Below are positions 1-13,500 of a stretch of 64,000 bases of DNA, in pieces. This DNA comes from Nemertoderma westbladi (lineage: Eukaryota; Animalia; Xenacoelomorpha). Location: contig JAUCBJ010000961.1 in the NCBI GenBank assembly GCA_032718475.1, positions 42,417 to 106,416 of the forward strand. Direction: 5' to 3'. Within the stretch, counting starts at the first letter, position 1. Every line of letters begins with the position of its first letter. The notes beneath the pieces are model-generated. The model ran no database searches. It was not told the DNA's origin and was given only the letters and a program-made list of their open reading frames with translations. A program made the translations under genes and the position numbers.

Positions 1-580
1 CCTCTTGTAACTTATAATGGTTATACTGTATGTACACCGGCAGAACAAGCTGACCTTTTTTCCGAATTCTTCCACTCAGTTTACAAAAAGCCAGCAATAA
101 AAACAGCAGCAATTACTCCTCCAACATTATCCCCCACTGAGGATCCCTACCACGATAATTTTATTGACGACTACGATGTGTCTGTATCCACTGTACAACT
201 ACTCCTAACATCACTAAATGTTACCAAAGCCAGAGGCCCCGATCACTTACCACCACGTTTCCTCCAACAATTAAGCGTACAACTAGCACCATCTTTAGCT
301 GCATTATTTTTAGTGTTTTAACTGTTACTTTCCACTAGAATGAAAACATGCATCAATATCATCACGACATAAGAAGGGCAATATAACTCCAGTACCGCTT
401 TACCGTCCAATATCTTTACTTGCTATCCTCTAGAAAGTTCTAGAACGATGTATCTACATGCCAATTTACAGCCATTTTCGTCCACTTTATCATCGCGCTC
501 AGTACGGTTTTAGAAAAGGCCGCTCACTTGTTCTTCAACTGCTATTGGTTTTAGATAAACTCTATAAAAATACGCTGTAG
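1..580 (+). mobile_element. Degenerate non-LTR retrotransposon (CR1/L2-like) ORF2 reverse-transcriptase fragment
   Basis: Hand translation gives KARGPDHLPPRFL, YRPISLL and QYGFRKGRS...QLL, the motifs preceding and starting LINE RT domains; interrupted by stops and frameshifts. Confidence 0.8.
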
Positions 581-1132
581 AAAATAATGATTCAACAGTA
601 TAAGTCTAAATAATAAATTCCAAATCCCACGGAATCACAAATTCATTAATTTAAAATTACCATATTTATCCATTGGATCTGTATCTAGATTTTAGGGCGT
701 CCTTTTGGCACAACTTTTGCGTCCAATACCTAATTTAAGGTATGTCAGATTAAGTCGTGACTGCTGACTGTTACTGAATGTGAGCAATCGTAATTGCTTA
801 AATGCCTTTTTTTTGCAACTATCTACTTGAGGGTGGGAATTTCCACTGAACAACCTGTTTTAGTGTACTTTTCACTTATTCTATTATGGTACAAGAGCAG
901 GTTACAGTGACTGAGTTTCTAACCAAAACAATAAACGAATACATTTGATTGTAAATAAATTATTTAATAAAAATAGTTATTATTTTACTATTAAAGTAAA
1001 AAAAATATTAAATTAAATTAACTTTATAAAAATTGTAATATATATTTATTTAATTCACCAAAAAAGGTATTATTAATAATTATTATTAATATAATATATA
1101 TAAATAAAATTATATAAAATTTCAGCTGGCGC

Positions 1133-1145
1133 GTTGCCAAGTAAC
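1133..1145. promoter_or_regulatory. RFX X-box upstream of BBS4
   Basis: GTTGCC-A-AGTAAC fits GTNRCC-N(0-3)-RGYAAC; lies right after an AT-rich stretch, about 430 bp before the ATG. BBS genes are established RFX targets. Confidence 0.65.
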
Positions 1146-1447
1146 ACCTAAAACAATATTAGATACAAAACAGAATTAATACCACAGTCAGGCAAGTTGA
1201 TGTCTCAGTACCGGTGCAAGAAACCGGTGTAAAAGAGCTGTCTACATCCAAGTGGACCCTGAAATCCAAACCGTCAGGTAAATTAAATCTGCAGAATAAT
1301 AGGATAGATTGATCTTTAAAAAATGCTGAAATGTTCGGGATACTGACAGACAGGTCGCTTTGTTAATTCGCGCGTTAGCGTTACCGGTAAAGCCGCATTA
1401 TTCTGACTTACGTCTAATATAAATATTATAGACGGCAGATAGATCAG

Positions 1448-1567
1448 GTAAGGCTGTATCTGTAGGACCATGCAATAAATACACACATACATCACGTAGG
1501 CCTATGGCATCTTGCTCATCAGTTCGATTTTCGTTTTCCGTAAATTGAGGTTGATTTCTTTATATAG
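1448..1567 (+). other. Probable 5'UTR intron of BBS4 (a second one is possible at 1278-1430)
   Basis: CAG|GTAAGG donor at 1448 and tttctttatatAG acceptor 8 nt before the ATG; no transcript evidence. Confidence 0.5.
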
Positions 1568-1575
1568 ATAGATAA

Positions 1576-3204
1576 ATGTCCGAATTGGCAGTTAACGCTG
1601 AAGCTGAGGCGCTATTAGCCCCAGACGCGATTCCCAAACCGCCAAACGAACTTCCCGCAAAAGCGACCTCAAAGGATTTCGCAACAACTTCGATAAAATC
1701 CGCAACAAAAACCGGTGCAAAGACAAAACCCCCCGAGTTACCGTTATTCGAAGGTCGAAATTACCTCATCCATCTCGACTACATAAATAAGGATTACGAA
1801 AAATGTAAGGAAGTTATAGCAGAGCAACTTCGGGAGTCAGGGGGTTTCTGCGAATACGCCCTCCTAGTGAAAGGTTTAATCCTCCGAAAAGAAGGAAAGA
1901 TTCTCGAATCGTTGGAGTGTTTCCAGGGCTGTACGGTAATAAACCCAACAGCGGGTGAGTATCTCAAACAATGCGGTCGGTCGTTGTTCCTGCTAGGCCG
2001 CCATAAAGCCGCCATCGACACGTTCAACCAGGCGCTCAAACAGTGCGGCCTGGATGACTGGGAAGTCAACCACAACCTCGCGGTCTGCCACATGTTCCAG
2101 AAAGAGTTCGAAGTCGCAAAGACCTACATAGGAAAGGCGATCTCCGGCATCCGACACGAGACTTCATTCACCGTCCTGGCCAACATATTCTTAGAGGAAG
2201 GCGATAAAGAGAGCGCGGTAGAAGTTTATACCAAGGCTGTGGAACAATTCCCCGAGAACGTGGAGCTGCTCACCGAACTGGGTTTACTTTACCTCGAGTT
2301 GGGCGTCCCGACCAAGGCCTTCGAGTGTCTCGGCACCGCGATGACCTACGATCCGACACACAGCCGCGCGGTCATGGCCGTCGGCTCGGTAATGCAGGGC
2401 TGTGCCGACTTCGATGTGGCGCTCACTAAGTACCGAGTCGGCGCAGTCCACATGCCGGAGTCAGCCGCCCTCTGGAGTAACATCGCCATGTGTTTCTACG
2501 GAAAGCGGAAACCCGTGGCCGCGATCTCGTGTCTGAAACGCGCGGTTTATTTGGCTCCTACGGACTGGAAGATTCTGTACAACCTCGGGTTGGTCTATCT
2601 GTTTATGCAGCAGCCCGCGTCCGCGTTCCAGGCGCTCAACGCCGGGGTCAACGCCCACGGCGGTTCGCCACGGATGTTTATGTTACTCGCGGTCGCGCTG
2701 ACGCGTCTAGACGACGCGGATAACGCGTTGATCGCCTACCGACGAGCCGCGCAGATCGCCGCGAGCGCCGCCGATCTGGTTTACGTGCAACTCAACTTCG
2801 CGGTGTTCCTCCGGTCGCGAGGGCGACGGGATGCGGCGGTGGCGGCGTTGGACGCGATGAACGCGGCGCTCGGGGGGATGGGAGAGACGGAGATGCGGGC
2901 GTTGAGTCCCGAGGTGGTGGCCACTGCGGCGCGGTTGGGCGTCGAGCTGGGGGTTAGTGAACGGCTCAACTGGACGCCCAAACCCACGGACAGTAAACCG
3001 ACAGAGAGTAAACCGACTGAAAGTAAACCTACGGAGAGTAAACCCATTCCAACTTCCGACTCGACTCCCTTCTCCCCCACTCGAGAAGCGCCCCCTGGCG
3101 GCAGTAACAACCCTCCCCCCAACGTGGACGCGGCTGCTAAGCAGTCCAGTCTCGCCTCGCTAGGGGGCGCCAGTAACCACAGCCAATCCAACGAGCGCTT
3201 TTAG
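1576..3204 (+). CDS. BBS4: Bardet-Biedl syndrome 4 protein (BBSome TPR subunit), single-exon CDS
   Basis: 542-aa ORF. PELPLFEGRNYLIHLDYINKDYEKCKEVIAEQL...CEYAL, LWSNIAMCFYGKRKPVAAISCLKRA and WKILYNLGLV match BBS4 hallmarks; TPR repeats; AATAAA at about 3334 and 3392. Confidence 0.95.
   Translation: MSELAVNAEAEALLAPDAIPKPPNELPAKATSKDFATTSIKSATKTGAKTKPPELPLFEGRNYLIHLDYINKDYEKCKEVIAEQLRESGGFCEYALLVKGLILRKEGKILESLECFQGCTVINPTAGEYLKQCGRSLFLLGRHKAAIDTFNQALKQCGLDDWEVNHNLAVCHMFQKEFEVAKTYIGKAISGIRHETSFTVLANIFLEEGDKESAVEVYTKAVEQFPENVELLTELGLLYLELGVPTKAFECLGTAMTYDPTHSRAVMAVGSVMQGCADFDVALTKYRVGAVHMPESAALWSNIAMCFYGKRKPVAAISCLKRAVYLAPTDWKILYNLGLVYLFMQQPASAFQALNAGVNAHGGSPRMFMLLAVALTRLDDADNALIAYRRAAQIAASAADLVYVQLNFAVFLRSRGRRDAAVAALDAMNAALGGMGETEMRALSPEVVATAARLGVELGVSERLNWTPKPTDSKPTESKPTESKPTESKPIPTSDSTPFSPTREAPPGGSNNPPPNVDAAAKQSSLASLGGASNHSQSNERF
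2980..3045 (+). repeat. 15-bp coding repeat (KPTDS/KPTES x4) in the BBS4 low-complexity tail
   Basis: Visible in protein and DNA, with synonymous differences between units. Confidence 0.85.
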
Positions 3205-4233
3205 GAAGTCTACTCCAATGCGATGGTAGCAGTATAAGCCCCGTCAATGTACTCTTAGATTCATTGGAATTCGTAACTCATTAATTTATTGAGTAAAACT
3301 AAACTTGTTTTTTTCTCACAAACTAATTTAGTTAATAAATAACTTGTTTTTGTTTTTTGTAAATTAAATCACAAATGTAAATATCACATGTAATAAATAT
3401 TAATTTATATTGCTTGATTTAACTATTTGAATAGGCCTACTTGGAAAGCCAATAGAAAGACTTATTTTCTCACCGACAGCAGATAGAGGGAGAAAAAGTT
3501 GTAACAACAATAAACAAATAATTGAATAAAAGTTTAACCAATAAAAGCAGGAAGGGGCATCCTAAACGATTGGATCTTCTGCAAAGTCCCTGTAAGTGAA
3601 ATCTAGAAAATGGAAGACCGTGAATGATTTGGAATAAATTGTTGATAAAGTTTTTTAATTTTTAATATTTATATACGAAAAATGTGAGGAATAAAAGTTA
3701 CTGCATCCATCATTTGCCGAGTCAAAAAATTAAGGTGTGATAAAAGGGAAACATCGATTTGTTTTGACTAATAAGTTTTCCTTCCACGCAATCCTTCCCG
3801 TCGCCTACAGCAAGGTCCCATATCCGTTAATGGCAAGGTCCCATATCCGTTAATGGCAAGGTCCCATATCCGTATGGCAAGGTCCCATATCCGTTAATGG
3901 CAAGGTCCCATATCCGTCTACGGCAAGGTCCCATATCCGTTAATGGCAAGGTCCCATATCCGTTAATGGCAAGGTCCCATATCCGTATGGCAAGGTCCCA
4001 TATCCGTCTATGGCAAGGTCCCATATCCGTCTACAGCAAGGTCCCATATCCGTTAATGGCAAGGTCCCATATCCGTCTATGGCAAGGTCCCCTATCCGTT
4101 AATGGCAAGGTCCCATATCCGTTAATGGCAAGGTCCCATATCCGTCTATGGCAAGGTCCCATATCCGTCTATGGCAAGGTCACATATCCGTTAATGGCAA
4201 GGTCCCATATCCGTATGGCAAGGTCCCATATCC

Positions 4234-4501
4234 TGTCGCAGTGTCCGAGTGGATATGGCGCCTGAACTGCTTACACAATAGTGTTTGGTGGCGCAGGTTC
4301 GAATCCGACTAAAGGCTGTAGAAATTTCGCACTGTTGTGTCCCTAGGCAAGATACTTTAGACATTAGTGCCTACGTCAACCCAGCGGTATAATGGGAACC
4401 TGGCTTTGCTGGGGTAATGATAATAAAAGCGCTTTGAGTATGCCGAGCATAATAAAGCGCTATATAAATAACCAATATTATTATTATTATTATTATTATC
4501 C
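4234..4501 (+). mobile_element. tRNA-derived SINE (about 265 bp) inserted in the 23-bp array
   Basis: A-box-like GTGTCCGAGTGG, B-box GGTTCGAATCC, CORE-like GTGTCCCTAGGCAAGATACTT, L2-type tail AAGCGCTATATAAAT...(TTA)n; TATCC on both sides. Confidence 0.85.
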
Positions 4502-7500
4502 GTTAATGGCAAGGTCCCATATCCGTCTATGGCAAGGTCCCATATTCGTCTACAGCAAGGTCCCATTTCCGTCTATGGCAAGGTCCCATATACGTCTATG
4601 GCAAGGTCCCAGATCCGTCTACGGCAAGGTCCCATATCCGTATGGCAAGGTCCCATATCCGTTAATGGCAAGGTCCCATATCCGTTAATGGCAAGGTCCC
4701 ATATCCGTTAATGGCAAGGTCCCATATCCGTCTACAGCAAGGTCCCATATCCGTTAATGGCAAGGTCCCATATCCGTATGGAAAGGTCCCATATTCGTCT
4801 ACAGCAAGGTCCCATTTCCGTCTATGGCAAGGTCCCATATACGTCTATGGCAAGGTCCCAGATCCGTCTACGGCAAGGTCCCATATCCGTCTACAGCAAG
4901 GTCCCATATCCGTTAATGGCAAGGTCCCATATCCGTTAATGGCAAGGTCCCATATCCGTATGGAAAGGTCTCATATCCGTCTACAGCAAGGTCCCATATC
5001 CGTTAATGGCAAGGTCCCTTATCCGTCTACGGCAAGGTCCCATATCCGTTAATGGCAAGGTCCCATATCCGTTAATGGCAAGGTCCCATATCCGTATGGA
5101 AAGGTCTCATATCCGTCTACAGCAAGGTCCCATATCCGTTAATGGCAAGGTCCCTTATCCGTCTACGGCAAGGTCCCATATCCGTCATGGAAAGGTCCCA
5201 TATCCGTCTACAGCAAGGTCCCATATCCGTCTATGGCAAGGTCCCATATCCATCTATGTCAAGGTCCCATATCCGTTAATGGCAAGGTCCCATATCCATC
5301 TATGTCAAGGTCCCATATCCGTTAATGGCAAGGTCCCATATCCGTCTACGGCAAGGTCCCATATCCGTCTACGGCAAGGTCCCATATCCGTATGGCAAGG
5401 TCCCATATCCGTCTACAGCAAGGTCCCATATCCGTATGGCAAGGTCCCATATCCGTCTACGGCAAGGTCCCATATCCGTATGGCAAGGTCCCATATCCGT
5501 CTATCCGTCTACAGCAAGGTCCCATATCCGTCTACAGCAAGGTCCCATATCCGTCTACGGCAAGGTCCCATATCCGTTAATGGCAAGGTCCCATATCCGT
5601 CTACAGCAAGGTCCCATATCCGTTAATGGCAAGGTCCCATATCCGTCTACAGCAAGGTCCCATATCCGTTAATGGCAAGGTCCCATATCCGTCTACGGCA
5701 AGGTCCCATATCCGTTAATGGCAAGGTCCCATATCCGTCTACGGCAAGGTCCCTTATCCGTCTACGGCAAGGTCCCATATCCGTATGGCAAGGTCCCATA
5801 TCCGTCTACAGCAAGGTCCCATATCCGTATGGCAAGGTCCCATATCCGTCTACAGCAAGGTCCCATATCCGTCTACAGCAAGGTCCCATATCCGTCTACG
5901 GCAAGGTCCCATATCCGTTAATGGCAAGGTCCCATATCCGTCTACAGCAAGGTCCCATATCCGTCTACGGCAAGGTCCCATATCCGTTAATGGCAAGGTC
6001 CCATATCCGTCTACAGCAAGGTCCCATATCCGTTAATGGCAAGGTCCCATATCCGTCTACAGCAAGGTCCCATATCCGTTAATGGCAAGGTCCCATATCC
6101 GTCTACGGCAAGGTCCCATATCCGTTAATGGCAAGGTCCCATATCCGTCTACGGCAAGGTCCCTTATCCGTCTACGGCAAGGTCCCATATCCGTCTACGG
6201 CAAGGTCCCATATCCGTATGGCAAGGTCCCATATCCGTCTACAGCAAGGTCCCATATCCGTATGGCAAGGTCCCATATCCGTCTACGGCAAGGTCCCATA
6301 TCCGTATGGCAAGGTCCCATATCCGTCTATCCGTCTACAGCAAGGTCCCATATCCGTCTACAGCAAGGTCCCATATCCGTCTACGGCAAGGTCCCATATC
6401 CGTTAATGGCAAGGTCCCATATCCGTCTATGGCAAGGTCCCATATCCGTTAATGGCAAGGTCCCATATCCGTCTATGGCAAGGTCACATATCCGTTAATG
6501 GCAAGGTCCCATATCCGTCTACAGCAAGGTCCCATATCCGTTAATGGCAAGGTCCCATATCCGTTAATGGCAAGGTCCCATATCCGTATGGCAAGGTCTC
6601 ATATTCGTCTACGGCAAGGTCCCATATCCGTTAATGGCAAGGTCCCTTATCCGTCTATGGCAAGGTCCCTTATCCGTATGGCAAGGTCCCATATCCTTGT
6701 ACGGCAAGGTCCCATATCCGTTAATGGCAAGGTCCCATATCCGTCTATGGCAAGGTCACATATCCGTTAATGGCAAGGTCCCATATCCGTCTATGGCAAG
6801 GTCCCATATTCGTCTACAGCAAGCTCCCATTTCCGTCTATGGCAAGGTCCCATATACGTCTATGGCAAGGTCCCAGATCCGTCTACGGCAAGGTCCCATA
6901 TCCGTTAATGGCAAGGTCCCATATCCGTATGGAAAGGTCCCATATCCGTCTACAGCAAGGTCCGATATCCGTTAATGGCAAGGTCCCATATCCGTCTACG
7001 GCAAGGTCCCATATCCGTCTATGGCAAGGTCCCATATCCGTATGGCAAGGTCCCATATCCGTCTACGGCAAGGTCCCATATCCGTCTATGTCAAGGTTAC
7101 ATATCCGTTAATGGCAAGGTCCCATATCCGTCTATGGCAAGGTCCCATATCCGTATGGCAAGGTCCCATATCCGTCTACAGCAAGGTCCCATATCCGTTA
7201 ATGGCAAGGTCCCATATCCGTCTATGGCAAGGTCCCATATCCGTTAATGGCAAGGTCCCATATCCTTTAATGGCAAGGTCCCATATCCGTTAATGGCAAG
7301 GTCCCATATCCGTCTATGGCAAGGTCCCATATCCGTTAATGGCAAGGTCCCATATCCGTCTACGGCAAGGTCCCATATCCGTCTATGGCAAGGTCCCATA
7401 TCCGTCTACAGCAAGGTCCCATATCCGTCTATGGCAAGGTCCCATATCCGTTAATGGCAAGGTCCCATATCCGTTAATGGCAAGGTCCCATATCCGTCTA

Positions 7501-10500
7501 TGGCAAGGTCCCATATCCGTCTATGGCAAGGTCCCATATCCGTCTACAGCAAGGTCCCATATCCGTCTATGGCAAGGTCCCATATCCGTTAATGGCAAGG
7601 TCCCATATCCGTCTATGGCAAGGTCCCATATCCGTCTACAGCAAGGTCCCATATCCGTTAATGGCAAGGTCCCATATCCGTCTATGGCAAGGTCCCATAT
7701 CCGTCTACAGCAAGGTCCCATATCCGTCTATGGCAAGGTCCCATATCCGTCTACAGCAAGGTCCCATATCCGTCTATGGCAAGGTCCCATATCCGTTAAT
7801 GGCAAGGTCCCATATCCGTCTATGGCAAGGTCCCATATCCGTCTACAGCAAGGTCCCATATCCGTTAATGGCAAGGTCCCATATCCGTCTATGGCAAGGT
7901 CCCATATCCGTCTATGGCAAGGTCCCATATCCGTCTACAGCAAGGTCCCATATCCGTCTATGGCAAGGTCCCATATCCGTTAATGGCAAGGTCCCATATC
8001 CGTCTATGGCAAGGTCCCATATCCGTCTACAGCAAGGTCCCATATCCGTTAATGGCAAGGTCCCATATCCGTCTATGGCAAGGTCCCATATCCGTTAATG
8101 GCAAGGTCCCATATCCGTCTATGGCAAGGTCCCATATCCGTCTACAGCAAGGTCCCATATCCGTCTACAGCAAGGTCCCATATCCGTCTACAGCAAGGTC
8201 CCATATCCGTTAATGGCAAGGTCCCATATCCGTCTATGGCAAGGTCCCATATCCGTCTATGGCAAGGTCCCATATCCGTCTACAGCAAGGTCCCATATCC
8301 GTCTATGGCAAGGTCCCATATCCGTTAATGGCAAGGTCCCATATCCGTCTATGGCAAGGTCCCATATCCGTCTACAGCAAGGTCCCATATCCGTTAATGG
8401 CAAGGTCCCATATCCGTCTATGGCAAGGTCCCATATCCGTTAATGGCAAGGTCCCATATCCGTTAATGGCAAGGTCCCATATCCGTCTATGGCAAGGTCC
8501 CATATCCGTTAATGGCAAGGTCCCATATCCGTCTATGGCAAGGTCCCATATCCGTCTACGGCAAGGTCCCATATCCGTTATGGCAAGGTCCCATATCCGT
8601 CTATGGCAAGGTCCCATATCCGTCTATGGCAAGGTCCCATATCCGTCTACAGCAAGGTCCCATATCCGTCTATGGCAAGGTCCCATATCCGTCTAATGGC
8701 AAGGTCCCATATCCGTCTATGGCAAGGTCCCATATCCGTCTACAGCAAGGTCCCATATCCGTCTATGGCAAGGTCCCATATCCGTCTATGGCAAGGTCCC
8801 ATATCCGTCTACGGCAAGGTCCCATATCCGTCTATGGCAAGGTCCCATATCCGTTATGGCAAGGTCCCATATCCGTCTATGGCAAGGTCCCATATCCGTC
8901 TACAGCAAGGTCCCATATCCGTTAATGGCAAGGTCCCATATCCGTCTATGGCAAGGTCCCATATCCGTTAATGGCAAGGTCCCATATCCTTTAATGGCAA
9001 GGTCCCATATCCGTTAATGGCAAGGTCCCATATCCGTCTATGGCAAGGTCCCATATCCGTTAATGGCAAGGTCCCATATCCGTCTACGGCAAGGTCCCAT
9101 ATCCGTCTATGGCAAGGTCCCATATCCGTCTACGGCAAGGTCCCATATCCGTCTATGGCAAGGTCCCATATCCGTTAATGGCAAGGTCCCATATCCGTTA
9201 TGGCAAGGTCCCATATCCGTCTATGGCAAGGTCCCATATCCGTCTATGGCAAGGTCCCATATCCGTCTACAGCAAGGTCCCATATCCGTCTATGGCAAGG
9301 TCCCATATCCGTCTAATGGCAAGGTCCCATATCCGTCTATGGCAAGGTCCCATATCCGTCTATGGCAAGGTCCCATATCCGTCTACAGCAAGGTCCCATA
9401 TCCGTCTAATGGCAAGGTCCCATATCCGTCTATGGCAAGGTCCCATATCCGTCTATGGCAAGGTCCCATATCCGTCTATGGCAAGGTCCCATATCCGTTA
9501 ATGGCAAGGTCCCATATCCGTCTATGGCAAGGTCCCATATCCGTATGGCAAGGTCCCATATCCGTACGGCAAGGTCCCATATCCGTTAATGGCAAGGTCC
9601 CATATCCGTCTATGCAAGGTCCATATCCGTTATGGCAAGGTCCCATATCCGTTATGGCAAGGTCCCATATCCGTCTATCGGCAAGGTCCCATATCCGTCT
9701 ACGGCAAGGTCCCATATCCGTTATGGCAAGGTCCCATATCCGTCTATCGAGCAAGGTCCCATATCCGTCTACGGCAAGGTCCCATATCCGTCTATGGCAA
9801 GGTCCCATATCCGTTAATGGCAAGGTCCCATATCCGTTAATGGCAAGGTCCCATATCCGTCTATCGGCAAGGTCCCATATCCGTCTACGGCAAGGTCCCA
9901 TATCCGTTAATGGCAAGGTCCCATATCCGTCTATCGGCAAGGTCCCATATCCGTCTATGGCAAGGTCCCATATCCGTATGGCAAGGTCCCATATCCGTCT
10001 ACAGCAAGGTCCCATATCCGTCTATGGCAAGGTCCCATATCCGTCTATGGCAAGGTCCCATATCCGTCTATGGCAAGGTCCCATATCCGTCTATGGCAAG
10101 GTCCCATATCCGTCTATGGCAAGGTCCCATATCCGTCTACGGCAAGGTCCCATATCCGTCTATGGCAAGGTCCCATATCCATCTATGGCAAGGTCCCATA
10201 TCCGTCTATAGCAAGGTCCCATATCCGTCTATGGCAAGGTCCCATATCCATCTATGGCAAGGTCCCATATCCGTCTACAGCAAGGTCCCATATCCGTCTA
10301 TGGCAAGGTCCCATATCCGTCTATGGCAAGGTCCCATATCCGTCTATGGCAAGGTCCCATATCCATCTATGGCAAGGTCCCATATCCGTCTACGGCAAGG
10401 TCCCATATCCGTCTATGGCAAGGTCCCATATCCGTCTACGGCAAGGTCCCATATCCGTATGGCAAGGTCCCATATCCGTTATGGCAAGGTCCCATATCCG

Positions 10501-13500
10501 TCTACGGCAAGGTCCCATATCCGTTATGGCAAGGTCCCATATCCGTCTATGGCAAGGTCCCATATCCATCTATGGCAAGGTCCCATATCCGTCTACAGCA
10601 AGGTCCCATATCCGTCTATGGCAAGGTCCCATATCCGTCTACAGCAAGGTCCCATATCCGTCTATGGCAAGGTCCCATATCCGTCTATGGCAAGGTCCCA
10701 TATCCGTTACGGCAAGGTCCCATATCCGTCTACGGCAAGGTCCCATATCCGTCTATGGCAAGGTCCCATATCCGTCTATGGCAAGGTCCCATATCCATCT
10801 ATGGCAAGGTCCCATATCCGTCTACAGCAAGGTCCCATATCCGTCTATGGCAAGGTCCCATATCCATCTATGTCAAGGTCCCATATCCGTTAATGGCAAG
10901 GTCCCATATCCGTCTACGGCAAGGTCCCATATCCGTCTATGGCAAGGTCCCATATCCGTCTACTGGCAAGGTCCCATATCCGTTACGGCAAGGTCCCATA
11001 TCCGTTAATGGCAAGGTCCCATATCCGTCCAGCAAGGTCCCATATCCGTATGGCAAGGTCCCATATCCGTCTACGGCAAGGTCCCATATCCGTCTATGGC
11101 AAGGTCCCATATCCGTTATGGCAAGGTCCCATATCCGTCTACGGCAAGGTCCCATATCCGTCTACGGCAAGGTCCCATATCCGTCTATGGCAAGGTCCCA
11201 TATCCGTATGGCAAGGTCCCATATCCGTCTACGGCAAGGTCCCATATCCGTCTATGGCAAGGTCCCATATCCGTTATGGCAAGGTCCCATATCCGTCTAC
11301 AGCAAGGTCCCATATCCGTCTATGGCAAGGTCCCATATCCGTCTATGGCAAGGTCCCATATCCGTTAATGGCAAGGTCCCATATCCGTCTACGGCAAGGT
11401 CCCATATCCGTCTATGGCAAGGTCCCATATCCGTATGGCAAGGTCCCATATCCGTCTACAGCAAGGTCCCATATCCGTTACGGCAAGGTCCCATATCCAT
11501 CTATGTCAAGGTCATATCCGTTAATGGCAAGGTCCCATATCCGTCTATGGCAAGGTCCCATATCCGTTGGCAAGGTCCCATATCCGTCTATGGCAAGGTC
11601 CCATATCCGTATGGCAAGGTCCCATATCCGTCTACGGCAAGGTCCCATATCCGTCTACTGGCAAGGTCCCATATCCGTCTATGGCAAGGTCCCATATCCG
11701 TATGGCAAGGTCCCATATCCGTCTATGGCAAGGTCCCATATCCGTTAATGGCAAGGTCCCATATCCGTCTATGGCAAGGTCCCATATCCGTTAATGGCAA
11801 GGTCCCATATCCGTCTAATGGCAAGGTCCCATATCCGTTAATGGCAAGGTCCCATATCCGTCTATGGCAAGGTCCCATATCCGTTAATGGCAAGGTCCCA
11901 TATCCGTCTATGGCAAGGTCCCATATCCGTTATGGCAAGGTCCCATATCCGTCTACGGCAAGGTCCCATATCCGTTAATGGCAAGGTCCCATATCCGTCT
12001 ATGGCAAGGTCCCATATCCGTTATGGCAAGGTCCCATATCCGTCTATGGCAAGGTCCCATATCCGTTATGGCAAGGTCCCATATCCGTCTACAGCAAGGT
12101 CCCATATCCGTCTATGGCAAGGTCCCATATCCGTTAATGGCAAGGTCCCATATCCGTCTATGGCAAGGTCCCATATCCGTTAATGGCAAGGTCCCATATC
12201 CGTCTATGGCAAGGTCCCATATCCGTTAATGGCAAGGTCCCATATCCGTCTACAGCAAGGTCCCATATCCGTTAATGGCAAGGTCCCATATCCGTCTATG
12301 GCAAGGTCCCATATCCGTTATGGCAAGGTCCCATATCCGTCTATGGCAAGGTCCCATATCCGTTAATGGCAAGGTCCCATATCCGTCTACGGCAAGGTCC
12401 CATATCCGTCTATGGCAAGGTCCCATATCCGTTAAGGCAAGGTCCCATATCCGTTATGGCAAGGTCCCATATCCGTCTACGGCAAGGTCCCATATCCGTC
12501 TATGGCAAGGTCCCATATCCGTCTATGGCAAGGTCCCATATCCGTCTACGGCAAGGTCCCATATCCGTCTATGGCAAGGTCCCATATCCGTTAATGGCAA
12601 GGTCCCATATCCGTCTACGGCAAGGTCCCATATCCGTCTACGGCAAGGTCCCATATCCGTCTATGGCAAGGTCCCATATCCGTTAATGGCAAGGTCCCAT
12701 ATCCGTTAATGGCAAGGTCCCATATCCGTCTACGGCAAGGTCCCATATCCGTCTATGGCAAGGTCCCATATCCGTCTACAGCAAGGTCCCATATCCGTTA
12801 TGGCAAGGTCCCATATCCGTCTACGGCAAGGTCCCATATCCGTATGGCAAGGTCCCATATCCGTCTACGCAAGGTCCCATATCCGTTAATGGCAAGGTCC
12901 CATATCCGTCTATGGCAAGGTCCCATATCCGTATGGCAAGGTCCCATATCCGTCTACAGCAAGGTCCCATATCCGTCTATGGCAAGGTCCCATATCCGTC
13001 TATGGCAAGGTCCCATATCCGTTAATGGCAAGGTCCCATATCCGTTAATGGCAAGGTCCCATATCCGTCTACGGCAAGGTCCCATATCCGTCTATGGCAA
13101 GGTCCCATATCCGTTATGGCAAGGTCCCATATCCGTCTACGGCAAGGTCCCATATCCGTCTACGGCAAGGTCCCATATCCGTCTATGGCAAGGTCCCATA
13201 TCCGTCTATGGCAAGGTCCCATATCCGTTAATGGCAAGGTCCCATATCCGTCTATGGCAAGGTCCCATATCCGTCTATGGCAAGGTCCCATATCCGTCTA
13301 TGGCAAGGTCCCATATCCGTCTACAGCAAGGTCCCATATCCGTCTATGGCAAGGTCCCATATCCGTCTAATGGCAAGGTCCCATATCCGTCTATGGCAAG
13401 GTCCCATATCCGTATGGCAAGGTCCCATATCCGTCTACAGCAAGGTCCCATATCCGTTAATGGCAAGGTCCCATATCCGTCTATGGCAAGGTCCCATATC

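Noticed and set aside
4236-4315. tRNA gene
   Set aside because: A and B boxes are present but there is no convincing acceptor stem, and it continues into a SINE body and tail.
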